Positions 52,325 through 64,000 are shown, counted from the first letter of the stretch. The stretch: 64,000 nt of DNA from Phoronis australis (GCA_002633005.1 NMRA01000170.1:80745-144744), one strand, 5' to 3'. Notes: generated from the letters alone by a model not told the origin. Made by a program: numbers and translations.

Positions 52325-52550
52325 TCGCAGACGGCCAGGTACACGTTGTACCAGACGTGCGCAGATCGTCCAAGCGGGCCCTTTGCACTGATCACCTGGA
52401 ACCATTTTTATGCTTTAGCAATGTATAATTTAAACCGAGCTGAGGAGCTAGAAAACTGACACAAGGGTCAATCAGTATACCCTAGTGGGAATCGAACTCA
52501 CGTTCTCGAATAAAATAGCGGACACTTACCCCACTAAGCCAAACTGCCTC
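52325..52550 (-). mobile_element. tRNA-derived SINE, copy 2
   Basis: Minus-strand head gaggcagttTGGCTTAGTGGgtaag...gaGTTCGATTCCcactaggg (A and B boxes) followed by the same body as 22222-22432. Confidence 0.75.
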
Positions 52551-52909
52551 CTCCTTTGTTAGGAAGCATACCTGTATTGTAAAGGAGTCATCCAATGGTG
52601 TATTCACATAACCGTCACAAAAAGTATTCGCGGTCCCAAACCCAATGTACAGAAATTTCCGATCGAATTGTATTAAAGTGCTTGCAGCACAGGTTCCAGA
52701 AGCATGTGTAAATTGTCGTCTGCTCATGTCCCTTGACTACATGACGTATGCAAATTAATTCCAGTCATCCATGCCTGTCAAAGAGACACTCAGAGTTATC
52801 CCCAAGCTAAATCTCATGTACACATTTTGAAGTTGAATGCTGATGTAATTAGCAGTGGGGTTGTGAACTAAAAGCGGAGACATCAGGATAGGGTTGAATA
52901 ACGCCAAGA

Positions 52910-53270
52910 TCTCATTAGAAAAGCAAGACTTCACGAGGTAACGCGAGGTGTTGCCTCGTATTTTAAAAGAGAGCACGTGATTTTGGCTATATTTTTCTCG
53001 CCGCGAGACAGCTACTGAACTCTACCCAGTTCAATAGCTGGCTCGCGGCGAAAAAATACGTAATCTCGCGAAATCTTGCTTTTCAAGCTGGGTCCTACCT
53101 TGAGGTCGTAGCGTTCGTTATTCACTATCCAGGATTGTCATCGAAAGCATAGGGTAGAGTTCAATAGCTTGCTCGCGGCGAGAAAAATCTGGCCAAAATC
53201 ACATGCTCTGATTGAAAATACACGGCAATATCTCTCGGAATCTAGCGATATCTTACTTTTCTAGCGAATT
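52910..53270. repeat. Foldback of MITE-end sequences (arms ~52910-53027 and ~53152-53270)
   Basis: gagcacgtgattttggc...ctcgccgcgag..gctactgaactctaccc versus gggtagagttcaatagc..ctcgcggcgag...gccaaaatcacatgctc; a partial third copy lies between. Confidence 0.7.
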
Positions 53271-53913
53271 CTCGGTAGGTGTTGTGAACGGACTAGGTGT
53301 AATCGATTCATTTAGTGGTGAAGAGTACACTTTGCTTGTTTGGGCATTGTACACTACGAAAGGTAGGGTTTCGCTTGTTGCAAGATTTAAACATACTGTT
53401 CTCTTTTTATCTAAAATCTTCTTAAAAAAATTCATAATCAACCACATGATTTGTTTTTCAAAGAACTAATCAAACGTCTCCAAAACAACGGAATTTTAAT
53501 TTCTGGTAGTGCATCAGCAAAATGGCCTCTACAGATGAACAGAATTGAATTGCCAGAAGTCGTTATTAGTAATTTTCCCAGTATGGCGGATTGAAAGGAG
53601 TTAGCAACCTGAGCTGTGTTCGATAGAGCCACGTTTTACGAGTTCTTCGCGAGATATCGCCACGCAATACAAGCGAAGCACGTTTCTCGCGAAAATCTCG
53701 CGGCTCCGGAACGCTCCCCTGAGCTGAAATTGCAGTGAACTTATATAGAGAGAACAAACGTTCAAAAACTCGATTTCATTAAACACCTTTCATGTACCTT
53801 AATAATTATTTGCGTAGGATTTCACTCAGTGCAATACTCGGCTAAAGATTTAAAAAGCAGGTGCTACTATCGGTGACGTCAATAAAATGGCCGGACATTT
53901 AAAACAGCATTAA

Positions 53914-54236
53914 CACGGGTGAGAAACAACATGACCGCCGGTCCTCTAAACAGGACCTCCGGGGATCAAATGGGACCGNAACGCAAGGCTGTCAAGCTTT
54001 ATTTTGGCGATAGTCTTTACACAGCTATCTGACCGGTTACGTCATAACCCGCAGTATCACACAAAGGCCTTAACTACTCAGTCCCCGGCGGTCCTGTTTT
54101 GTGGTGGGGCGGTCATGTTTTTAGGTGCGTCAGTCCTGTTTTGTGGTGTGACGGTCATGTTTTTAGGTGCGTCAGTCCTGTTTGGGTGAGTCGGTCCGAT
54201 TTAGAGGACCGGCGGTCATGTTGTTTCTCACCCGTG
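53914..54236. mobile_element. MITE with perfect 37-bp TIR, CAC...GTG termini and 5-bp TSD ATTAA (Transib/CMC-like)
   Basis: CACGGGTGAGAAACAACATGACCGCCGGTCCTCTAAA and its exact reverse complement; ATTAA at 53909-53913 and 54237-54241; internal ~41-bp tandem duplication. Confidence 0.85.
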
Positions 54237-54444
54237 ATTAAGCCCCAGTGGTTTCTGTTAAGCAAACAAGTTTTGATTTCGGGCACTCACCATTATGAAG
54301 TTGGTATCAATCTGTTCATAAGTCAAGCTAGGTGTGACTTACGCATTTGAAAGAACCGTCAGTTCACTCTTTCTTCAGACCGGCAAGTTAATAAAATTGA
54401 AGAAATAACGAACTATCATTTCTTCCCAGAAATCACTTCTAAAA

Positions 54445-54975
54445 AAACAGTGCAGGTGGTCTGATGTCATTTGCAGTGCATCAGATGTGCTCAGGCCTCA
54501 TGGTTGGGCCCATTGCCCAAAACACCTGAGCAAAAGCACGAGAGCCCAATTATGGGTCCTCGTGGAGAACGTTTTCAAGTTTACCAGTCTCCTTTAAGAA
54601 AACGGACTGAGATTTCCATTTGTTGTAACAGTGTCATCCAGTAGGTTGCTCCTTAGCCTATAAAAAGCTGGGCAAGACTCTACCAGGTGTTCAGGAGATT
54701 CTACGTCAGTACCACACTCGGGACACAAACGGCTCCCCATATGCTCAGTAATGTGTCTGTGTCGGGATTGGTTGCAGTGGCCCGTCAAAATTTGAATGAC
54801 GTGACTTATACCCAATCTATCTAGACTCAGAAGTTTGTTTGAACCTTTTGGTTCGATCACTTTGGGAAAATCCTCCTTGGTCTCTCTGCAGGAGTTAAGT
54901 GATGCCCACTGGGCTGCTGACTGGGTATGTACCCAGTTGCGTAAATCATTTCTAAAATCAGTAAGGAACAAGGCA
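54445..54975 (-). mobile_element. 3' end of a 5'-truncated R1/LOA-type non-LTR retrotransposon
   Basis: ORF 54594-54971: W...W....CRETK...LLSL.R...IQILTGH...H.......CPECG...ESPEHLVESCPA, the C-terminal CCHC knuckle of I/R1/LOA-group ORF2, followed by a short 3' UTR. Confidence 0.75.
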
Positions 54976-55472
54976 AAATCAAGTCTAAGTGTTTTCGACA
55001 GAAATCGCAGGTTTATGCCGCTTCTAATGCCGATGAACTAGAAACGCATTTCGCGTTCTATTGAACTGCAGTTGGTTTTCCTTGGCAGTAGCATGAGCGC
55101 TTGAGAGGGAGTGTGCATGAGCAGTTTAGAGGTTTATTGGGCGCTGTTTAGGTAACATGATTATTGCCTTGGGACACACCTTTTTACAATATGGCGAATG
55201 TGGAATATTTTGAATTGACTTTTGCGATGGTCACAAAAATTGTGCGGAAGTAATGCAAAATTTTGTTTTGTATGGAAAACTGTGGTCGGAGTCATATGTG
55301 GTCATATGTGTTAATTTTGACTAAACCGTTACATTAGTATTTTATTTTTCTCTGAAGTTGACCCCTTTTGATCAGCCGATGCATATCGCTAAAAATGAAA
55401 TGTTCATGTGAAAAAAGACCACTGACCAATCGCTAAGAAAACTAAAATGTCACCTGGGATTAATATACACCC

Positions 55473-57000
55473 AAATGCCAACACCAAAAAACTAATTCAG
55501 TATCAATTCAGATCAAATAGTTCCACTGGATAGCATTGAGGACAGTTCTTTTAGATGACACCTGACGGCAGACGGAGGTGTTGAAATTAACCAATGACGT
55601 CACAGGTTCGAACGCAGTCTGTTTAGCAGTTCACAACACGGTTACTGATATCACCTTATCGTTTGAATTCATCGTTTCACACCAATAAATCATCACAATT
55701 CAATGTAAAACATTTACAAACACATCGAGTTCTTGAACAAACGTGTTGTTTTATTTCGCCGTTACGGATTTATAGGTATTGGAACGTACAGCAGCCTACA
55801 AAGTTGATGGTAGGCCAATTTACCAAGGTCGGTCACGGGCCGGAAATTTGGGGTCTGTTCGGTGATAAATTCGAATTATTCTTCCGTGAAATACAGACAC
55901 GAGAACATAGCTGTGTGTTGTAATTTTAGATTTGCAAATTTTTCTGTTCTAAACGCACAAAACGGTTTATTATCCCTGCCAGTGACTCGGAACCCGATCA
56001 GACCCGTCGCGGCCGGACTGAAGACATCACGAACATAAACAGCCGCAGTTGCTAACTAAACTTCCAGTAAGTACATGACTATACTAGTTAGCCAAAGAAA
56101 TAAAGTGAAGGTGATTATTTTGGTGAATTAGTTGTGAAACTGCAAATCCACTTACTCGTCGGGGGCCGCGAAGTCCGGTTCCCCTTCCACAGAACCGTCA
56201 GTGCAAAAGCTGTACAGTAACAATGATTCGAATAATGTCTATATGTACCTAAATAAAGATTTCCCTAACATTTCACCATAGGATATAAAATCGAGTTACC
56301 GTTTCACAACAGTTTTCTGGCATCAAACACAGAATAAGCATGCGGCCACACGGCCTCGGTACGTACCCAGTCAATTAGCTTTATTGCATCTAAAGCGGAC
56401 AACGCAGTGATTTATTCATTGCTCCAAAGGCATTACAAACTGTGTTTAATGAGACAGACTTTGACACTTTGTTCCAGTTTACACAAGCATTGGTTAGGGA
56501 AAGAATAATTCATTTTGAAACAGAATGCACAATAATAAACGTCTACATGGCAACTTGCAATCCCGACTTAGATGAGTGCTCATCAGTCTCTTTTCCTGCC
56601 CTGGCATGAGCTGTTTGGTAAGACGGCATTCGTCAGTGAAATCATTGTCGACGAAATGGCGGCCAAAAGCACGGAGATGTTTCACGGCCTCATACTTGGT
56701 ATTAACGGCGTAGTTTTCATCCTTCACTGCCACGAGCCACTTCCGAAACATTTCGAACTCTCAAGGAAATCGAAAAAACGCTATACCCGCTTTCTTCGCA
56801 GCTTCATAATTCGCATAAGCGGGAACGATACACCACCCCATAGCGCCACTCACAGAAGAATCACTGAAATTGCTGCGTCGTTTACTCACCTTCCTCACAG
56901 TTAACGTGACACCTTTCGGCGAGGTAAGACCGACCGTATACGAGGTGATGTGGATATAGACCGAGTAAAAAAGACTAATTAAATGGGGTGGCATTCTCCT
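55473..57000 (-). mobile_element. Internally deleted Kolobok-like DNA transposon, copy A
   Basis: Terminus GGGTGGCATTCTCCT|TTAA at 57000. THAP relic on - strand 56841-~56586 (MGWCIVP...FFRFP*E..FRKWLVAVK...RHFVDNDF). Convergent start MATCNPDLDECSS on + at 56547. Far terminus degraded. Confidence 0.75.
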
Positions 57001-57124
57001 TTAAAGGTTTCTCTTTAGACTATCATTTGGCGACACCATAGAGCAGCACTACGCTTCTGACACGTAGTAATAATCTACTAGCTAAGGTACTACTACGGTA
57101 CTTGTGTAGTGATGACTCGTTTAA

Positions 57125-58706
57125 AGGAGAATGCCACCCGAGAGGTGTCGCGTTAACCTATGAGGAAGGTGAGTAAACAACGCAGCGACGTCCGTGGTTC
57201 TTCTGCAAAGTGAATGCCGCTATGGTGTGGTGTATCGTTCTCGCTTGTGCGAACTATGAAACTCTTCTGCGCGGAAAGCGGGTATATCGTTTCTTTCGAT
57301 TTCCTAGAGAGCCCGAAACGCTTTGGAAGTGACTTGTGGCAGTGAAGAATGATGAAAGTACGCCGTTAATACCAAGTATGAAGCCGTGAAACATCTCCTT
57401 ATCTGTGGCCGGCATTTCATCGACAAAAAGGCGTTTCACTTGCGAAATTTCGTGGCAGCAAACGCAAACGTCAGTCGTTTCTATTATCTTGCAGTTAGCG
57501 CACTGACAACATGACAAGTCATTCAAACGGTTTTCTTGATCAGTGTATTCCTGTTCGAATTTATAGCCTGTGAAACTTATCAATCCATCTGTGAATTCTT
57601 CGTCGGATGAGTACTCGTCCAAGTAGGGATTGCAAGTTGCCATATTGATATTTATTATTCTTGCGTTCTGTTCTAACCAATGCTTACATAAAACTGAAAC
57701 AAATTGTCAAAGTCTGTCTCATTAGATACAATTTATAATGCCTTTGGAGTGTTCTTGAGTGCAAATGTTCTGAGAAGCCAGCAATGAATAGATCACTGTT
57801 TTACTGGCTTTAGATGCACCGAGGCCGTGTTAGTGCATGCTAATTCAGTGTTTGCTGACGAAAAGCTGCTGTGAAACAATAACTCGATTTTGTATGCTAT
57901 GGTCAGATGTTAGGGGAATCTTTGTTTAGATATACGTATACATTTTGCGAATCATTGTTTTTGTACAACTTTTGCCCCGATGATTCTGAGGAAGGGGAAT
58001 CTGACTTCGCGGACCCCGGCAAGTAACTAGATTTGGAGTTTCGCGGCTACTTCACCAAAATAATCACGTGCACATTATTTCTTTGGCTCACTTGTATAGT
58101 CTTTTCGAGACTGGAAGTTTAACTTTCAACTTTGGCTGGCTTGTGTTCGTGATGTCTTCAGTCCGGCCGCCGGACCTGATCGGGTTCCGAGCTACTGGCT
58201 GGAATATCAAGTGTTTTGTTTCTTTAGAACTGAAAAATTCGTAAGTCTAAAATTACAACACACAGCTTTGTTCTCCTGTCTGTATTTCACAGAAGAATAA
58301 TTCGAATTTATCACCGAACAGATCCAAAACTCCTGCGTCCGACTTTGGTAAATTGGCTTCACAATACCGTACTCTGTAGGCTACCGTACGTTCAAATACC
58401 TATAAATCCGTAACAGCGAAATAAAACAACACATTTGTTCAGGAACTCAATGTATTTGTAAGGATTTTACATCACATTTTGATTGACGTTTATTGGTGCA
58501 AAACGATGAATTCATACAATAAGCTAACACCAGTAAGCGGGTAGCGAACTGCTGAACAGATTGCGTTCGAACCTGTGACGTCATTGGTTAATTTCGTTAC
58601 CACAGTCTGCCGTCAGGTGTCAGGTAAAAGAACTGACCTTGCTGTTATCGAGTGGATTTACTTGATCAAAACTCATACAAAATAGTTTTTTTGGTTTCAT
58701 TCTCGT
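57125..58706 (+). mobile_element. Internally deleted Kolobok-like DNA transposon, copy B (inverted relative to A)
   Basis: TTAA|AGGAGAATGCCACCC ... TGGTTTCATTCTCGT|TTAA. THAP relic on + 57222-~57426 (MVWCIVLACAN...FFRFPREPE..WK*LVAVK...LLICGRHFID) joined to a convergent Cys-rich ORF fragment. Confidence 0.8.
57427..57643 (-). pseudogene. N-terminal fragment of a KolX / P2X7-cytoplasmic-domain-like Cys-rich protein
   Basis: MATCNPYLDEYSSDEE...GYKFEQEY...NRLNDLSCCQCANCKIIETTDVCVCCHEI matches the Y.FEP...R.....WC.C..C..M.T..EC.CC.EI pattern; truncated at the deletion junction. Confidence 0.7.
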
Positions 58707-59028
58707 TTAACATACTTACCGTGATAGGAATTTAATTTCTTTTACCAACAAAAACATCAAAACAACCAATTAATAAATAAATAAACGCTTCAGAGTGTAA
58801 TGGGTTTGGCCAACTCTAAAATTGCAAATTCGAAAGGTACGTATCACCTGTGACTTGAGTTGCCGGGTCACTTGGGAGAAGTCCAGGGTCGAATGAGTGT
58901 CGTTGTATGCCTGTGACTTTAGTTGCACCAATTCAGTATCTGATGAGCGTGGTAATGTTTTTAAACCCCAAAGTGCTTTTGTTACGAATTAAACACTGAC
59001 AACTAAACAGCTGTTAAATGGCATTTAA

Positions 59029-59376
59029 AGGAAATGACAACCGCTTTCTTAACTCATACACGATGTTTTGGTTTTCCTAGATAATTTTTTAAACAAATTA
59101 AATTCCCCGGGTTCTAACTAATTTTGTATGCGTCACCCCGGTTGTCACGTCCTGTGGCAATTTTGGATAAGTATCGTAGAGCCGAACACAGTTTACACAT
59201 TGAACCGTCCCATAATCAGAGGTGGGGGGCAGTAATCTGGGCGGCTGTCGTAATATCCGGAGTGACGCATGCATAATTAATTAGAGCCCGGGAAAAATTA
59301 TTTTAAGCTCTAAATTCTCTTAGATAACCGGACACTCGTGTTTTAACATAACCCTAAAAACGGGTTGTATTCGTCT
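59029..59376. mobile_element. Possible TTAA-flanked Kolobok-type MITE (~350 bp)
   Basis: TTAA|AGGAAATGACAACCG ... CGGGTTGTATTCGTCT|TTAA; degenerate inverted match. Confidence 0.45.
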
Positions 59377-61799
59377 TTAAGTAGTTGCCCAAATATGAAG
59401 GCATACCATTGAAGGAAAAGAGTCGGATGGAATTCTTACCAAGCGATTAGGTGATTTATTAACCACGAACACTTAGTAACTTCCAAAATGCACAATACAA
59501 TCTTAACTTAACCTTCTCGTTTCATGTGTTAGAGGCTGACTGAGTGGATTAAATATCTAAAGTCTAGAACTCTTGTCGGGACGGGACTTAGTGGCGAAGC
59601 AATGACGACGTCTAGCTATTAAGAAAGGTGTTCTGTTACGACACATCCGGTGAGGAAGATACGTGGTGCGATTTGATAGCTATAGTCGATTTTTCAGTAG
59701 TTCAAGTATTCACCAAAATCACATTGTTGTGTCACTGCTTGTCTATTTTTACAGTTATTTAATCTTCATTTCGCCACATCTGTTTAGAATGCGAATTAAA
59801 TAGCAAGCCGACACGCATTTTTTTTTTCCAATAAGTCATTTTATTACTCTGACAAGGGTGTTATCCTTACGTGTACCATTCGTGTATCCTGTGCTTCCCT
59901 CACAAAACACCTGGACGTTCTCTTTGAAGCCGCTAAAACATGTTCTGGTGTTAAAAATATCAATTTTCTTCAAAGGCGTACTTGTCCTTGCAAATCACCG
60001 TCATCGCGTTCGTTATCCTGAATTGGGTTTCAACGAATCATCTGTATTTCTCTGACGGACATATTGTTTTGGCGACTGAAATTAACGCGACGTAATAAGC
60101 ACCTTACACGGACCCAGTCTAAAGCAACAGCAAGCCTACACGCCATCTGTAGTCTGAATAACGAACAGGATGAGACTGATTTTATAAAAAGTAAAAAGTC
60201 AAAATTTGACTTTTGACAGAAGACGAGGGCTGTTTGTTCCTTAAAATCGCATTTTTTCATAACGCTAAGCACACGATATTTTTTCATGGGGAAATATTTA
60301 TTTTCGGATAGCACATGAACACAAACAAGGTTGTTAAGAAAAGCATTGCAGTGTTCGAGAAAGGAAAAAGTGCTAGTGTGAAAAACATTGTGTTCATGTC
60401 AAAAGAAGGGAACGCGCTGCGATTTTCGAAGGGAAACCAAGTAGTAAGACACGCAGATTGAGCATGTATAGATATCTAAAACATAGAAATAATTCTGCGT
60501 GCCAATTCTTGCACGTGCACACGACAAATTCAAAGAAGTACTGAGTTATAAATTCAAGAGTTTGTTCTGGAAGACTCTACATTTGACTTCACGCACACAA
60601 GTTTTGTCTGATTTTCGCATAGCTAATGACAACTATCCCCGAGTCATTTTTACAGCAAAACAGAAATGTACATGGCAAAGCATGCAAGTACAGTTAACTG
60701 AACTGGCTTACAGCGACAATTTCCGTTGTAGAATTGTTCTTATCTTGTTTCTTACTCAATTCAAAAGTGACCCGTGGGTTCGGGAACAGCTGGCAGTCCA
60801 TTATTTGTTCACATCAAGCTCATAAAATTTCAGGTCTGAAATTTTATTAGTTTTAAGCAATAACAAATTGTCAGTTCTGTCAAAATCCATGAAATCGTCC
60901 CGAATTTGGCTAAGGAAGAATTTGAGACCAATTTCATAACAGAAAGTGCTAATTCCAAATTAGTTTTTTGACTGAAAACACGGGTGAAATACCATTTTAA
61001 AAACACAGCCACAGGTTGTTGCATATTTCTTTACGATCACAAGGTAAAATGGATATAGAAAAGACTTTATGTAACCAGAATTCTCACTCCAGAGGTCATA
61101 AAACGGCTTGTAGTTTTATTACACCAAGACATTTACCTAAATTTTGACAAGATACCGTATAGATAAGGCTTATCTCGCAATGAATTACATTTGTGTAATC
61201 ACTGCAGAGTGGTTTATTTTTACTTCCCACACCTTCGTATTAATACTCATGTTTTCCTCACAAACTGCAAACCGATCGATAACATTTGAACTCAACACTT
61301 AGAACATACGTCACCATACCCAAACCATGGATAAGAACAGTGAGCGTTATCCAATGACATCGAATTCAATGCTGTATACACAGTCCGACCCTGTGAACGT
61401 GCAGAACTATCCCAGCTACTGCAATATCGAGTTTTATCAGTTTTATAAAAGAAGGCCGGTGATATGGCATAAGTTCTCTGTTCAAGAGACTTGTGTTCCA
61501 TATCGAGCCTTGAGGTGATTCCTACCATCCGGAGATACATCACTTCAAATATGCTGCTCGGAATGTAAATGGGAGTACTAACGAAAGCTGTCAATACCCA
61601 GGATGGGACCAAGACCCCGGTCCCGACGGACACAGGACCGCCAGATATGTACCGTTTGCATGGTACCCCGTCTACAAGCACGCTTAGCGTGGACAGAGGT
61701 ATACTTTGTCGTTTGTAACTTTGGAGTTCATTATTATGCAATGTAATTTTCATGTACTTCAATGTCACATTCATTTTATTGTCTCACATTTAACAATCG

Positions 61800-62335
61800 T
61801 CCTCGTGTTTGTCCTCTTTAAGTTCGTCATTATCTTCGTCACCGCAACTTTAACCATCGCAACCACCATCACGACTTCAACCATCACCACCGTTGTCACC
61901 ACCACAATCATCATCACCACCACCACCATTGACCACCATCACACCACACAACTACTACCACCACCAACACCCCACCATCATCACAATAATCAACNNNNNN
62001 NNNNNNNNNNNNNNNNNNNNNNNNNNNNNNNNNNNNNNNNNNNNNNNNNNNNNNNNNNNNNNNNNNNNNNNNNNNNNNNNNNNNNNNNNNNNNNNNNNNN
62101 NNNNNNNNNNNNNNNNNNNNNNNNNNNNNNNNNNNNNNNNNNNNNNNNNNNNNNNNNNNNNNNNNNNCATCATCATCATCATCATAATCATCATCATCAC
62201 CGTGATCATCAGCGTCATCATCATCGTCGTCGCCGCCACCGTCACCCCCACCCCGCCAACCACCACTACTACCACCACCACCAACAACAACGACAAAAAA
62301 AACACCACACTACCACCACTACCACCACCACCACT
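61800..62335. repeat. (CAC/CAT/CAA)n low-complexity microsatellite tract spanning a 173-N gap (61995-62167)
   Basis: Seen directly. Confidence 0.92.
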
Positions 62336-63226
62336 TACACAAAAAGTACAGGAAATTTTTATTCAAAGCTTCTTCGATTACGACGGATGGCTTACAGTGT
62401 ACACTCGTTCAGAAAAGAAAGGCAATGACGTGAAGAACGATATGAAATGATTTGGTGGAAATCACTTACATGCTCCCTCCAACCGGTTAATGTACTGTAC
62501 CGTTGTGATTTCAACGAAATTTATCACACGCATGATCATTACATGTTTGTCTAATTCCATAACTTAATGCAACGTGTTCATAATGTTAGGAACTTTTCGC
62601 GATTTCTAAAGCATCGTTGTAACAGTTGTAGAAGACGCCAGAAAGCAACTCATTGTATCCAGTTACTTCATGCAATCGGCTGCCAAAAACTCATCCGCTA
62701 TTCAGCATGGTTGTTCAAAATGTATAAGATTCACGAGGAATTAAGAACCAGATTTTAAGGACGAACAACTGCGCTGTGTCAAGTGAATGATGACAATTTG
62801 AGAAAGAAACAATTTCCAAAACTTTCCCTGCCAATTGAGTTTGAAGGCAAAACAATAAAAATATAACTTTATGCAATACGATCACCGTACGTTCTTGAAT
62901 TACAATAGGAATACTTATCGATACCACTTGGAAAGCCAGGAACATTGGCCTAAAAATCCCAGTTCTACGTTTCGAGTTTGTAATGTATTTCATGAATCTC
63001 GTATAAGAAAAAGGCAATGCGCCAGTGTAACCAAGAAATGTTAGGCTCTTCACGAACACGGATAATTGTTATTAGTACGTATTTAAGTAGTACACATGCA
63101 CCCTACGATCAGTTTCAGTTTCACCTGCTACCCCCCTCCAATCTCACGTGAACCCCAGTATTCACTGGTGTCGCCATGAACAAACCTCGTACATAGTGCT
63201 GTACATGCATTAATCGCGCTGTTTAA

Positions 63227-63880
63227 AGAGTTCCCACCATGACCCTGTGTCTCAAAAAGGAATTTTATTATTACATCTTAACAGATTTAATAGCCTTTAG
63301 TACACCTGTTGCTATACGAAACAATCTAAAAATTTTAAAAATATATTTTTCTGTTATCGAGTTTGTACGCAATGGGTGGAAGACCGCCTGAGCCGTTGTT
63401 GTTCTACCAGTGCGATACTGAGGAGTTGTGAAGAAAGTCCGCGTGGAACGGTCTTTTTCAGACATGAAAAGGTGCGTTTGTGGAAACTGTGGTAACAACA
63501 ACTTGTCTGTGAACGTCTTAGTGTTCAAATTTCCTAATACCTGAAATACCTGAAAGTTGCACAAAAATTGCATCGGTTTGTCATGGGCGGCTCACCATAG
63601 GGGCCTAGGGTAGGGCTATAGCCCCCCACTTTTTCAAAGCTAAGCCGCCCATGGTCTATAGGCGGTGCAACACTGGAGGGCTGAGGGAGGGGGTTTAGCC
63701 CCCACTTTTTTCAGTGCTGCGCCACCCATGATTGTGCGCCGAACAAGAGTGTGGAGTGTCAGTGTGGAACATGAGATTCAGTTTGGCGTAAGCCACACTT
63801 TGATCGGCACATTTCAAACAATCTTGTTTCGACCACACACATAAGCGGCGTTACAATGAAGGACTCACCACCAAGTAAGT
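63227..63880 (+). mobile_element. Third THAP-bearing Kolobok-like relic (different family), interrupted by two tandem CATG-ended MITEs (63582-63653, 63657-63730)
   Basis: TTAA|AGAGTTCCCACC at 63227. ATG 63464 MKRCVCGNCGNNN..VFKFP; after removing the insert ..VRRTR.. and frameshifted SAHFKQSCFD. Insert termini CATGGGCGGCT/AGCCGCCCATG. Confidence 0.65.
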
Positions 63881-64000
63881 GCATTTGCAAATTTTGTAAA
63901 TAACGAACAAACTGCTTCCATTCTAGGGCGAGTGATGCCAGGCCCTGGACCCCGGCCGAGATCGAGTGCTACTACAAGTAGGCTTATGCATATTGGGTTT

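Noticed and set aside
52480-52550. Possible tRNA genes here and at ~22365-22432
   Set aside because: A/B boxes are present but I could not fold a convincing cloverleaf, and both are fused to a shared SINE body.
61706-62450. His/Thr-rich ORFs of 240, 185 and 117 aa
   Set aside because: Translations of a CAC/CAT microsatellite running through an N gap.

Overview
Eukaryotic (animal, invertebrate-like), AT-rich, intron-rich genomic DNA, so the ORF track is mostly noise. Splicing exons by hand gives three complete multi-exon genes. (1) Squalene synthase FDFT1 (- strand, 8 coding exons, 418 aa). (2) TAF5L (+ strand, 14 exons, 586 aa), head-to-head with FDFT1 across a short shared promoter. (3) A 15-hydroxyprostaglandin dehydrogenase-like SDR (+ strand, 7 exons, 266 aa). 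There is also a probable uncharacterised two-coding-exon gene (- strand, about 256 aa) at 2.6-6.2 kb. The rest is rich in transposon relics: tRNA-headed SINEs, LINE fragments, MITEs and several TTAA-flanked Kolobok-type elements. The most striking structure is a ~3.2 kb imperfect palindrome (55.5-58.7 kb) made of two head-to-head, differently deleted copies of a Kolobok-like transposon. They carry a THAP-domain fragment and a convergent P2X7-tail-like (KolX) Cys-rich fragment. Two N gaps are present, one with a probable haplotype-overlap false duplication. All family assignments are from motif recognition, not database searches.
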